From a virus, in IMG/VR virus record IMGVR_UViG_3300020420_000009, positions 32,001 through 96,000 of that record: DNA of 64,000 nucleotides. One strand, written 5' to 3'. The stretch's first letter is position 1. Every line of letters starts with the position of its first letter. This document shows positions 48,615 through 57,486 of the stretch, one piece after another. The notes below the pieces were generated by a model, which was not told the origin of the DNA, searched no databases, and worked only from the letters and a program-made list of their open reading frames with translations. Made by a program: the position numbers and the translations under genes.

Positions 48615-48877
48615 TGTCAGAAATTGGAAGTTTAATCTCTGATTATGGGTTCCCCATAGTTATGATGGTCGGTCTTGGATATTTTATATACTATATTTGG
48701 TGGTTCGTAGGTGAGAAACTAGAACCCGAAATAGAAAAACAACATATGGCACTCATAAAAGTTATTGACCAAGTGCGTATGTTAGACCAAGACCTCATAA
48801 GATTACAGCAAAAAGTTGATGTCGTTCTAGAATATAAAGAGAATGAGAAGAAGAAACGCATAAAGGAGGACACATGA
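48614..48877 (+). CDS. Membrane protein (single TM + coiled coil)
   Basis: DYGFPIVMMVGLGYFIY...LIKVIDQVRMLDQDLIRL. Confidence 0.75.
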   Translation: MSEIGSLISDYGFPIVMMVGLGYFIYYIWWFVGEKLEPEIEKQHMALIKVIDQVRMLDQDLIRLQQKVDVVLEYKENEKKKRIKEDT

Positions 48878-49377
48878 AATTAATTTTACCTATATCGTTT
48901 TTATGTTTAATATTCAGTTTCGGTGCATATGCAGACGAGATTGTTCATAAGTTTAAGAACCCAAGCTTTTCAGGCATTGGGACGGGCGCACATTATCTCA
49001 CGATTGAGAACCAAGAACATAGCAGAAAAAAATCAATCGAAGATGCGCTTGAGGCAGCTAGAAAAGCTGCAGAAAGAGAGGCAGAAAATACAACGCTTGC
49101 CAAATTTATCAGGAATTTAGAATCGCGAATCTATGCTCAATTTGCAAAACAATTAGTTGAATCTATGTTTGCAAATGATAATCCAGTAGGTTTCGGTTCA
49201 TTTATACTAGAAGGGAATACAATTACTTGGGAAGTCATAACAGACGAATCAGGTGCAGAGTTTATCAGATTAACAATCATTGCCGAAGACGGGTCTTCAA
49301 CAGTTGTAGAGATTCCAGTAGGAACTGGAAACTTTGGACAAGACCCCGACACAGGTGGTGGTGACGGAGGAGGCTAA
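48874..49377 (+). CDS. csgF: Curli assembly protein CsgF
   Basis: Signal peptide then EIVHKFKNPSFSG.G...LTIENQ; directly upstream of csgG. Confidence 0.85.
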   Translation: MKLILPISFLCLIFSFGAYADEIVHKFKNPSFSGIGTGAHYLTIENQEHSRKKSIEDALEAARKAAEREAENTTLAKFIRNLESRIYAQFAKQLVESMFANDNPVGFGSFILEGNTITWEVITDESGAEFIRLTIIAEDGSSTVVEIPVGTGNFGQDPDTGGGDGGG

Positions 49378-50279
49378 TGTTTAAAGCTTGCCTTTTAGCA
49401 ATGGTCATTGCCTTATCAGGCTGTGCTTCTTTTCCACAGTGGAGTGAAAACCCACAGGATTGTGGAAGGTGGCAAGAAGGTATAGGTAAAGATGTATATA
49501 CTGCTGTAAAAAAACAATTGTCAAGGAAATACATTTGTGTAGAACACCCTTCAATTGTTAAATTACCAGCATATCTAGAATTACTAGAATTACCACCAGC
49601 TGAAGAAAAACCAATAGTTGCAGTTTATAACTTTTTGGATAAAACTGGACAGAGAAAATCAGTGACTAACATTGCAAGTTTCTCTACAGCAGTGACTCAA
49701 GGTGCAACTGAAATGGTTATAGACGCATTAAAAACTGCTGGAGGTGGGACATGGTTCCGTGTCGTTGAAAGAAACGGTATAGACCATTTAGTCCGAGAAA
49801 GACAAATCATTCGTTCTGCAAGGTCGGATTACGCGAAGAAGACTGAACAATCAGACGAGGGAATACAACCACTGCTATTCGCGGGTATTATCATAGAAGG
49901 TGGTGTAATTGGTTATGATTCTAATATCAAAACTGGAGGAAGGGGCGCACGAACTCTAGGTATTGGTTTTAGTAGACAGTATCGACAAGACGCTGTCACA
50001 ATCTCCATGAGAGCTGTTTCAGTTCTTACGGGGGAAGTTTTATTAAATGTCCAAGCTCGAAAGACTATTTTGAGTTATGGTTCTGGCGGTGATGTTTTTA
50101 GATTCATCGAAGAAGGAACTCAACTGGTAGAAATCGAGGACGGAGTGGGAAATAATGAATCAGTGACTTACGCAACAAGGTCTGCTATTGAAGCAGCCGT
50201 GTTGGAATTAATATACCAAGGCCACGATAGAGGGTTTTGGGTAATAAAGGGGTATAACGAAAATGAAGAAAATAATTAG
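49377..50279 (+). CDS. csgG: Curli secretion channel lipoprotein CsgG
   Basis: Lipobox LSGC; VAVYNFLDKTGQRK...STAVTQG...WFRVVER.G...L.RERQIIR...EGGVIGYDSN. Confidence 0.93.
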   Translation: MFKACLLAMVIALSGCASFPQWSENPQDCGRWQEGIGKDVYTAVKKQLSRKYICVEHPSIVKLPAYLELLELPPAEEKPIVAVYNFLDKTGQRKSVTNIASFSTAVTQGATEMVIDALKTAGGGTWFRVVERNGIDHLVRERQIIRSARSDYAKKTEQSDEGIQPLLFAGIIIEGGVIGYDSNIKTGGRGARTLGIGFSRQYRQDAVTISMRAVSVLTGEVLLNVQARKTILSYGSGGDVFRFIEEGTQLVEIEDGVGNNESVTYATRSAIEAAVLELIYQGHDRGFWVIKGYNENEENN

Positions 50280-51006
50280 TTTATGCGTTATCGCATTAAT
50301 GTCGACAAATATTCTTTTCGCACAAGCCACTGATGATAACGAAATCAAAATCACACAGACTGGTGACACACTTAAATTATACATCGACCAAATCGGTTTT
50401 GGAAACAAAATTGGTGGAGACGATGCAAGTGGAGGCTCATTGTCAGCAATGAGTATCGAAGGTTCAGGTCTAGACTTTGACTTTGATTTTTCAGGTAATC
50501 AAAATATTTTATTTGGCCCAGTAATTTCAGATAACTCAACAATCAAGTTGGATTATGTCGGGGATTCAAATTTAATAGATTGGAATATCGGTTATATAGG
50601 TAGCACAGACGATTCTAATATAAATTTTAGTGTCACAGGTTCAAGCAATCAGTTTGACCTTGACCAAGGATATGTCTATAGTGCAGAAAGATTAGATGCC
50701 GATTTAATATTGATAGGTGATTCTAATATTTTTGATGTAGATTGGGAGAGTGACGACTTAACATGGAATTTTGATGTCACAGGTTCTTCTAATAACATTA
50801 ACACTTTACAAAACGATGGAGAACAGTCTTTGACTTTCACATTGGAAGGTGATAGTGCAGATGTTGACATTAATCAAATATCAGGAACATGTGCAGCTGG
50901 AGCAAGCAATAGTTGTGTTTCTCCAAATGCAAATATCGTATTGGATATTACAAGTGACAATTCTGAAATCCAAATTAATCAGAAAGACTCATCTAACGAT
51001 TCTTAA
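50263..51006 (+). CDS. Curlin-like secreted beta-solenoid protein
   Basis: Signal peptide; about 22-23-aa repeats with QxG / GxxN motifs; directly after csgG. Confidence 0.7.
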   Translation: MKKIISLCVIALMSTNILFAQATDDNEIKITQTGDTLKLYIDQIGFGNKIGGDDASGGSLSAMSIEGSGLDFDFDFSGNQNILFGPVISDNSTIKLDYVGDSNLIDWNIGYIGSTDDSNINFSVTGSSNQFDLDQGYVYSAERLDADLILIGDSNIFDVDWESDDLTWNFDVTGSSNNINTLQNDGEQSLTFTLEGDSADVDINQISGTCAAGASNSCVSPNANIVLDITSDNSEIQINQKDSSNDS

Positions 51007-52114
51007 TTTATTGTTCATCAGTGGGGTCACATTTGCTGACCCCATTGGAGACATAGTAGAATCAACAGGCATTGGTGCAATTGTTAGAAACAATGAATCC
51101 ATAACTTCAAAAGTTGGTTATGGGGTAGAGTTATATGACTCTGCTGAAACAGTCAATGGAAGAATGAAAATCCAATTCCTTGACAGTGAATTCTTAGACT
51201 TAATCGAACACACATTAGTTTTTATAGACGAAGTTTATTACGACCCTAATCCTTCGTTATCAAAAATGTCCTTGAGAATGGTTCAAGGAACCGCCCGTTT
51301 TGCTTCGGGCCAGGGTCAAAAAATCAAAAAAGCAAACATAGATATCTCAACACCAACAGCACAAATAGCTATCAACGGCACAGATTTTACAACAACTATA
51401 GACGAGCTCGGAAGAACTTTGGTTATTCTGCTTCCTGATGAAGACGGAGTCACACCTTCGGGAGAGATAGTTGTATCAAATGAGGGTGGAAGTATCACTC
51501 TCAATCAGGCATATCAGGCAACCATGGTATCTACAATAGAAACACCACCTACAAGTTCCGTAGTAATTAACAACTTAACAACCTCTATGATAGACAATAT
51601 GTTCATTGTATCACCGCCTCAGGAGGTCGCAGAGGCCGTAGAAGAGCAGGCAAGAGAAGATATGAATGATGATAAGGGCGTATTAGATGTAGACTTTCTA
51701 GAGTTCAATGAATTAGAAAAAGACTATGACGACTATGCAAATGACCCCGATTATGACGCAAGAGGAAATAGATTAGATGTGGATTTCTTAGATGTAGATT
51801 TTCTTACAGATGTTTTAGATGTTGTAGAAGAACTAACAAGAACAACAGCTAAACTTGCAGATAGACAAGCAACAACAGGTGGTGGTGTCAGATTAGAGGG
51901 TGCAGTCTTTGGTCTAAACAAAGATTCACAATATAATATATTTGAAGAAGACGGTAATTTAGTCTTTTTCAGAGATGTTAACGGAGTTATTGAGATTATA
52001 ATTGCTCAGGGTAATTCAGGATTCATAGATACTAGAGTAGAAGGATATGAAGGAATCATTGAATTTGGAAATGGAGACCCCGCAATTCAAATCTTCATTA
52101 ATCAATCTAACTAA
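50954..52114 (+). CDS. FecR-domain periplasmic protein
   Basis: Signal-like LNLLFISGVTFA-DPIG; ETVNGRMKIQFLD...GTARFASG...ISTPTAQIAINGTDF. Start uncertain (frame open from 50849). Confidence 0.8.
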   Translation: MTILKSKLIRKTHLTILNLLFISGVTFADPIGDIVESTGIGAIVRNNESITSKVGYGVELYDSAETVNGRMKIQFLDSEFLDLIEHTLVFIDEVYYDPNPSLSKMSLRMVQGTARFASGQGQKIKKANIDISTPTAQIAINGTDFTTTIDELGRTLVILLPDEDGVTPSGEIVVSNEGGSITLNQAYQATMVSTIETPPTSSVVINNLTTSMIDNMFIVSPPQEVAEAVEEQAREDMNDDKGVLDVDFLEFNELEKDYDDYANDPDYDARGNRLDVDFLDVDFLTDVLDVVEELTRTTAKLADRQATTGGGVRLEGAVFGLNKDSQYNIFEEDGNLVFFRDVNGVIEIIIAQGNSGFIDTRVEGYEGIIEFGNGDPAIQIFINQSN

Positions 52115-52137
52115 ATACTTATTTAAAGGAGAAATAT

Positions 52138-52284
52138 ATGGACTTATTACACAAAGTTTTGCAATGGCATGAAGATTTGAGTTATAAGTGGATAGAAAGA
52201 CTTGACATAACAGAATATCAAGCCATGTGGTTTGCGTTCGTTAAAGGTCTTATTACAATGTTAGTTTTAACATGGATATTTTAA
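52138..52284 (+). CDS. Small membrane protein (48 aa)
   Basis: MDLLHKVLQWHE...YQAMWFAFVKGLITMLVLTWIF read manually; AAGGAG SD. Confidence 0.65.
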   Translation: MDLLHKVLQWHEDLSYKWIERLDITEYQAMWFAFVKGLITMLVLTWIF

Positions 52285-52943
52285 AGAACACATTATTAAC
52301 AATCATAGGGATATTATCTATCCCTATGGTTTTTGCAGGCCCAACTGATGATAACCATATTCATGTGGAACAGGTCGGTAATGACGGAGATAATGTTTCA
52401 TTGATTTTAAATCAATTCGGTTATGGTAATACCATAGAATTCTCTTATGCACACTCAAGTAATACTTTCAACCTAACACAAAATGGTGGTGGTAATAAAA
52501 TATCATGGGTTCCATATTGGGGTTCAGGAAAGAGTTGGGGTGGTGATGTAGACGGTTCAAACAATGTAGAAAATGTTTTACAATATGACGGTGCAGAATA
52601 TGGAAGACACATATGGGGCGACAACAACACCGTAGACATATATCAAAGTGGAGACCATACACATTACATAGACATTCATGTTGACGGTGTAGAACATGAT
52701 TCATGGCAAGAAGGAACAGGAACACATTATAGTCACACATATTTTTATGGAAACACAGACGACTCAATTACAAATTTATTACAAAAAGGAAGTGCAAATC
52801 ATAATGCACAGATTAGAATACAAGGGTCAGAACATACAACACTAAATCTTATTCAACAAGGTTCAACAAATCAATCATACACACTAACTCAAAATTGTTA
52901 TACAGTTGGTGGTTGCACGGTAAATGTGACTCAAGGACAGTAA
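52272..52943 (+). CDS. Curlin-like secreted protein, His-rich
   Basis: Signal peptide; repeats EQVG, NQFGYGN, TQNGGGN, YQSG, LQKG, IQQG; C-terminal CxxxGGCTVNVTQ. Confidence 0.72.
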   Translation: MDILKNTLLTIIGILSIPMVFAGPTDDNHIHVEQVGNDGDNVSLILNQFGYGNTIEFSYAHSSNTFNLTQNGGGNKISWVPYWGSGKSWGGDVDGSNNVENVLQYDGAEYGRHIWGDNNTVDIYQSGDHTHYIDIHVDGVEHDSWQEGTGTHYSHTYFYGNTDDSITNLLQKGSANHNAQIRIQGSEHTTLNLIQQGSTNQSYTLTQNCYTVGGCTVNVTQGQ

Positions 52944-54784
52944 TGTATTCTTGGAAGACAGTCCTAGTGACCATAGGGTTGCTCTTCGGACTCAAAGTTT
53001 GGAATCCATATCTAGTAGAAAATATCACATGGTCATGGTTTGACTTCTTACACCAATCTCACGAAATAGAACAAGTCGATAATATTGTTCTAGTTGACAT
53101 AGACGAAAAATCTTTAGAAAAATATGGTCAATATCCTTGGCCAAGAAACTTATATTCAGATATACTTTTTGAATCTCACTATTCAAACACTCATGTATTC
53201 ACACAATTATTCAAAGAACCTGATAGATTTCAGGGTGACGAATCATTTGCAGAGGGATTAGTTAATCGTCTAACGATACTTTCAGCTGCACCAACAATCC
53301 AAAAAGATACTGGTTCTGCACCATATGTTAGGACTTCTATATTTGGTGGAGGAGATATATCAGAACATATATGGAACTTCTCGGGTATTGCAAGTCCAGT
53401 TGATATCCTGAAACAAAATACTTATGGAGTTGGTGTGACAGTCACTACTCCAGCTGTCAGCGGAACTCCTAACTTTGACGGGACTGTTCGTTCTGCACCC
53501 CTGATAGTTTCTGCAAATGAAGTTGTATATCCTTCTGTTGCATTAGAAGTCATGCGTGCAATGTTTGACCAAAAGAATTATCAGACTAGAGTCACACCCG
53601 AAGTTGGTATTGAATGGATTCGTATAGGAAGGAATCCACCGATACAAACTACACCAACTGCTGATGTTATGATTTCATATTGGAATGAGTTTCAAAGAAT
53701 ATCAGCAGCTGATTTATCTAATTCAGATATTCAGGGTAAGATTCTTGTATGGGGTCTGACTGCTGAGGGTCTGAATAATCCAGTTTCAACCCCAGTGGGT
53801 GTAATGTATCCCCACGAAGTTCAAGGGAATATCCTCCACTCCGTCTCCACAGGAGTTCAAATACAACAATCCTACTATCTTGAATTTGTATCTCTCGTTC
53901 TTCTTTTGTCAGTCCTTCTAGGAATATTGGTAGTGGTTTACAAACTTCCCACAGTTTTTTCGGGGATAGTGAGTCTAGGTATTGTTGGATTTCAGGTGGG
54001 TGGGGGTCTCTATTTGTGGTCTTCATCTCTCGTTCTTTTCGATATTTTCTACTCATCGATTGCCTCCATAGTTGTGTTTGGACATGCTTCCTTTAACAAA
54101 TACTATAGAACATATCAACTCAAAGAACAAATCAAGAAACAGTTCCAAAAATATTTATCTCCTGACATGGTTGACGAACTGGCTAAAAACCCTGAAAAAT
54201 TGAGACTTGGTGGAGAAAGAAAGGAAATGACCTTCATGTTCATGGACATATGTGGGTTCACTCCCATAAGCGAACACTATAAAAATAATGACGACCCCGA
54301 AGGTTTAGTCGAACTCATAAACAAGTTCTTAGATATGCAAACAAAAATCATCATAAATAATCAAGGAACTATCGATAAATATATGGGCGACTGTATCATG
54401 AGTTTTTGGAATGCTCCCTTGGACTGTAAAAACCATGCTGAACTCGCTGTAAAATCTGCACTGGAGGTGTTAGATGCAACTAAAGAACTTAATAAAGAAC
54501 TCTCTCCTCTCAATCTTCCTCCTATCAATGTCGGCATTGGTATCAGCACAGGAGAATGTATTGTCGGAAACATGGGGTCAGAAGTTAGATTTGACTATTC
54601 CGTCATTGGAGACGCAGTCAACTTGGGTGCTAGACTCGAGGGCCAAACAAGGAATTATGATGGGGTGGACTTGTTGTTATCGGAAAGAACTTATCAGTGC
54701 TGTCCAAATGGAAGCTTCACAGAAGTCGATAGGATACTTGTCAAAGGCAAATCAGAGAAGGTTCGAATATATACACCGATATGA
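52943..54784 (+). CDS. CHASE2-domain class III adenylate cyclase
   Basis: IVLVDIDEKSL..YGQYPWPR (CHASE2), 3 TM helices, FMDICGFT, DKYMGDCIM, DYSVIGDAVNLGARLE. Confidence 0.93.
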   Translation: MYSWKTVLVTIGLLFGLKVWNPYLVENITWSWFDFLHQSHEIEQVDNIVLVDIDEKSLEKYGQYPWPRNLYSDILFESHYSNTHVFTQLFKEPDRFQGDESFAEGLVNRLTILSAAPTIQKDTGSAPYVRTSIFGGGDISEHIWNFSGIASPVDILKQNTYGVGVTVTTPAVSGTPNFDGTVRSAPLIVSANEVVYPSVALEVMRAMFDQKNYQTRVTPEVGIEWIRIGRNPPIQTTPTADVMISYWNEFQRISAADLSNSDIQGKILVWGLTAEGLNNPVSTPVGVMYPHEVQGNILHSVSTGVQIQQSYYLEFVSLVLLLSVLLGILVVVYKLPTVFSGIVSLGIVGFQVGGGLYLWSSSLVLFDIFYSSIASIVVFGHASFNKYYRTYQLKEQIKKQFQKYLSPDMVDELAKNPEKLRLGGERKEMTFMFMDICGFTPISEHYKNNDDPEGLVELINKFLDMQTKIIINNQGTIDKYMGDCIMSFWNAPLDCKNHAELAVKSALEVLDATKELNKELSPLNLPPINVGIGISTGECIVGNMGSEVRFDYSVIGDAVNLGARLEGQTRNYDGVDLLLSERTYQCCPNGSFTEVDRILVKGKSEKVRIYTPI

Positions 54785-55097
54785 TTTAGTTGACCCACCC
54801 ACAAAAGCTGACTGGTCACTATTTGTTTTATTACAATTTGCAGATGTCTACACAACTTCCCGTGGTCTTAAATATAAATGTGTAAAAGAAATAAATCCTT
54901 TCATAGGTGATAGACCGTCTAGAAAAGATATGATATACACAAAGGTTGCTGTATTAACTCCTGCTTTTCAAATCGATATTAATAGAGGTGAACTTACTCG
55001 AAAATCAATGAGAAGTGTAAATACAATTATGTCACTTGTAATATTGAATAATTATGAAGTGATGCAGAAGGCAGAAAGATACTGCGAAAAAATATAG
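54474..55097 (+). CDS. Hypothetical exported/membrane protein (DUF5658-like C-terminus) overlapping the cyclase gene
   Basis: LQFADVYTTSRGL...KEINPF in the non-overlapping part; start uncertain. Confidence 0.55.
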   Translation: MQLKNLIKNSLLSIFLLSMSALVSAQENVLSETWGQKLDLTIPSLETQSTWVLDSRAKQGIMMGWTCCYRKELISAVQMEASQKSIGYLSKANQRRFEYIHRYDLVDPPTKADWSLFVLLQFADVYTTSRGLKYKCVKEINPFIGDRPSRKDMIYTKVAVLTPAFQIDINRGELTRKSMRSVNTIMSLVILNNYEVMQKAERYCEKI

Positions 55098-55105
55098 AAA
55101 AGCCC

Positions 55106-55145
55106 CTTGACTTTTTACACTTTGACCCCATATAATATATAAATA
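55106..55145 (+). promoter_or_regulatory. Overlapping sigma32, sigma70 and T4-late promoters of hsp20
   Basis: CTTGAC-14-CCCCATAT; TTGACT-18-TATAAT; TATAAATA at 55138. Confidence 0.7.
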
Positions 55146-55149
55146 CTAT

Positions 55150-55205
55150 TGTAATTGCTCAATAGAGGATTACATATATTAACTTGCTAAAAATAGGAGA
55201 AAAAT
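55150..55205 (+). ncRNA. ROSE-like RNA thermometer
   Basis: CTTGCT (55183-55188) can pair with SD AGGAG (55195-55199) leaving a bulged G; upstream hairpin 55150-55174. Confidence 0.55.
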
Positions 55206-55616
55206 ATGACGCATTTAGATATATTTGGTCAATTCAGACCGTTCGCAATAGGATTTGATAGGTATTTCGAAGACCTCGAAAGAATGTCAAATATCACACA
55301 AACCAATTACCCACCTTACAATGTTGTAAAGGAAGACGATGAACATTTCAGTGTCGAACTTGCAGTTGCTGGGTTCAGTAAGAAAGATGTTTCTATCACT
55401 AAAGAGAAGAATGTCCTTGTTATTGAAGGTAAAGTAGAAGATGAATCTAAGGACTTTGTCCATAAAGGTTTGGCTTCTAGAGCATTTAAGAGAAGCTTTA
55501 CACTTGCAGATGATGTAGAAATCAGTGGTGCAAGTCTAAAAGACGGTATCTTGGTTGTGAGTTTAGAGAGAGTTGTTCCCGAAGAGGATAAACCTGTCTC
55601 TATAAAAATTTCTTAA
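55206..55616 (+). CDS. hsp20: Small heat-shock protein Hsp20 (IbpA-like)
   Basis: IGFDR...NYPPYNV...ELAVAGF...HKGLASRAFKRSFTLAD...LKDGIL. Confidence 0.95.
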   Translation: MTHLDIFGQFRPFAIGFDRYFEDLERMSNITQTNYPPYNVVKEDDEHFSVELAVAGFSKKDVSITKEKNVLVIEGKVEDESKDFVHKGLASRAFKRSFTLADDVEISGASLKDGILVVSLERVVPEEDKPVSIKIS

Positions 55617-55690
55617 AACCCTATATACAGAATAGACTTCTGTTGTTATAATGGAAGTCTATTCATATTATATGAGAGAGGTATTATATT

Positions 55691-56188
55691 ATGTATGAAG
55701 TTGGAAGGATTATTCCTAGAATAAGATTTAAAGTCAGAGTTGACGGTGAATGGGATACTATTGATAGTCATGTCATAACCGAAGGTAAAAGAGTCGTAAT
55801 CTTTGCACTGCCTGGCGCATTCACACCAACATGTTCTACTTTTCAATTGCCTGGCTTCGAGGAAGCATATTCTAAATTCAAAGAAAAAGGAATAGACGAA
55901 ATTTACTGTTTATCAGTTAATGATACATTCGTCATGAATTCTTGGTTTCAAGCTCAAGGAATAGAAAAAGTAAAAGCATTGCCTGACGGAAGTGCAATGT
56001 TCACAATAGCACTAGGTGCAAATGTTCAAAAAGATAACTTAGGTTTTGGAACTAGGTCTTGGAGATATGCAATGGTTGTAAACGATACTAGAGTCGAACA
56101 GATATTTTTCGAAGATGGTTTTGGTGACAATGCAGAATCAGACCCATACGAAGTTTCTTCACCCGAGAATGTTTTAGAAAATCTTTAA
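55691..56188 (+). CDS. Peroxiredoxin (Prx5/redoxin type)
   Basis: LPGAFTPTCS...SVNDTFVM..W...PDGS..FT...RSWRYAMVV. Confidence 0.93.
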   Translation: MYEVGRIIPRIRFKVRVDGEWDTIDSHVITEGKRVVIFALPGAFTPTCSTFQLPGFEEAYSKFKEKGIDEIYCLSVNDTFVMNSWFQAQGIEKVKALPDGSAMFTIALGANVQKDNLGFGTRSWRYAMVVNDTRVEQIFFEDGFGDNAESDPYEVSSPENVLENL

Positions 56189-56232
56189 AAACCCACTTGT
56201 CAATATGACTATGTTTATGTTAATATAGTCAT

Positions 56233-57486
56233 ATGACTTACTTTCAATACAGTTTAAAAGACCTACAGGAACGCAGTTCCGAAAAGAAATTTTCTTATAT
56301 TACATTCTTTGCAGGCGGTGGTGGTTCATCGTGTGCATATAAACTCGCAGGTGGTGATGTTAGATACATGAATGAGTTTCAACAGATTCATGTAGACACC
56401 TATCTTGCAAATTTCCCAAACACAGTTCATGAATGTAAAGATATTAAACAAGTCACAGGTGAAGGTATTATGGAACTCACTGGACTTAAAAAGTTTGAAC
56501 TGGACATACTAGACGGTTCACCACCTTGTCCACCATTCTCTATGGCTGGAACTAAAAGAGAAGGTTGGGAACAAGAGAAAATGGCTTACGGTATGAAACA
56601 ACAAAATATCGAAGACCTTACTTGGGAACAAATTAGAATCACAAAAGACTTAATGCCTAAAGTTATTGTATGTGAAAATGTAAAAGGTCTATCTATGGAT
56701 TATGCAAGAGACCACCTAAACAAAATGGTAAACGATTTTGAAGCATTAGGTTATTCAGTCACATGGAAAGTTATGAAAGGTCATGAACATGGAGTTCCAC
56801 AAAAGAGAGAAAGGGTATTCATGGTTGGTGTTAGAGACGATGTATTAGATACAATCGGAATGCCATTCATGTGTTTGAGTGGTTTATTTCCACAACCTTC
56901 TAATGAAAGAACAAGTATAGGTGAAGCAATTAATGATTTAGTAGACGACCCTACAAATGTCGAAGATGCTAAATACCTAGAACAGGCAATGATTGAAAGT
57001 TCAAAAGGTCATTGGGTGCATGGATTTGAAAAACACCCCGACCCCGAACTTTCTCACTGCACTCCCTGTAAAGGGATTGACGGAGTAAACGGAGATAACA
57101 TGTCTTATATTTCTATAGGAGACCATATTGTAAAACCATGGTATCAAGAAAACATAAGACTAGGAAACATTCCACCCGAGAATGAAAAACATTCTTATTA
57201 TATGTCAAGGATTGTTCCCGAAAATCTTCCAGCTCATTCACTAACTGAACAAGGTTGTCAACCAAAATTTATGGGTGGTAATCATTTTCATTATAGTGGT
57301 AAGAGAATATATACTCCAAAAGAAATGGTTAGACTTATGTCTTTACCAAATGATTATAAAATGACAGGTGATTACAATGACAAAGGTGCAAGGATAGGAC
57401 TTATGGTTGCACCACTATGTCTATATTACCTAGTAGAACAAATTAAGGAGCAAATATTGGAACCATGGAATTCGTTGCAAAAGTAG
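56233..57486 (+). CDS. DNA (cytosine-5) methyltransferase
   Basis: FAGGGG (motif I), GSPPCPPFS (IV), ENVKG (VI), PQKRERVF (VIII), RLMSLP..Y, IG..V.P. Confidence 0.93.
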   Translation: MTYFQYSLKDLQERSSEKKFSYITFFAGGGGSSCAYKLAGGDVRYMNEFQQIHVDTYLANFPNTVHECKDIKQVTGEGIMELTGLKKFELDILDGSPPCPPFSMAGTKREGWEQEKMAYGMKQQNIEDLTWEQIRITKDLMPKVIVCENVKGLSMDYARDHLNKMVNDFEALGYSVTWKVMKGHEHGVPQKRERVFMVGVRDDVLDTIGMPFMCLSGLFPQPSNERTSIGEAINDLVDDPTNVEDAKYLEQAMIESSKGHWVHGFEKHPDPELSHCTPCKGIDGVNGDNMSYISIGDHIVKPWYQENIRLGNIPPENEKHSYYMSRIVPENLPAHSLTEQGCQPKFMGGNHFHYSGKRIYTPKEMVRLMSLPNDYKMTGDYNDKGARIGLMVAPLCLYYLVEQIKEQILEPWNSLQK

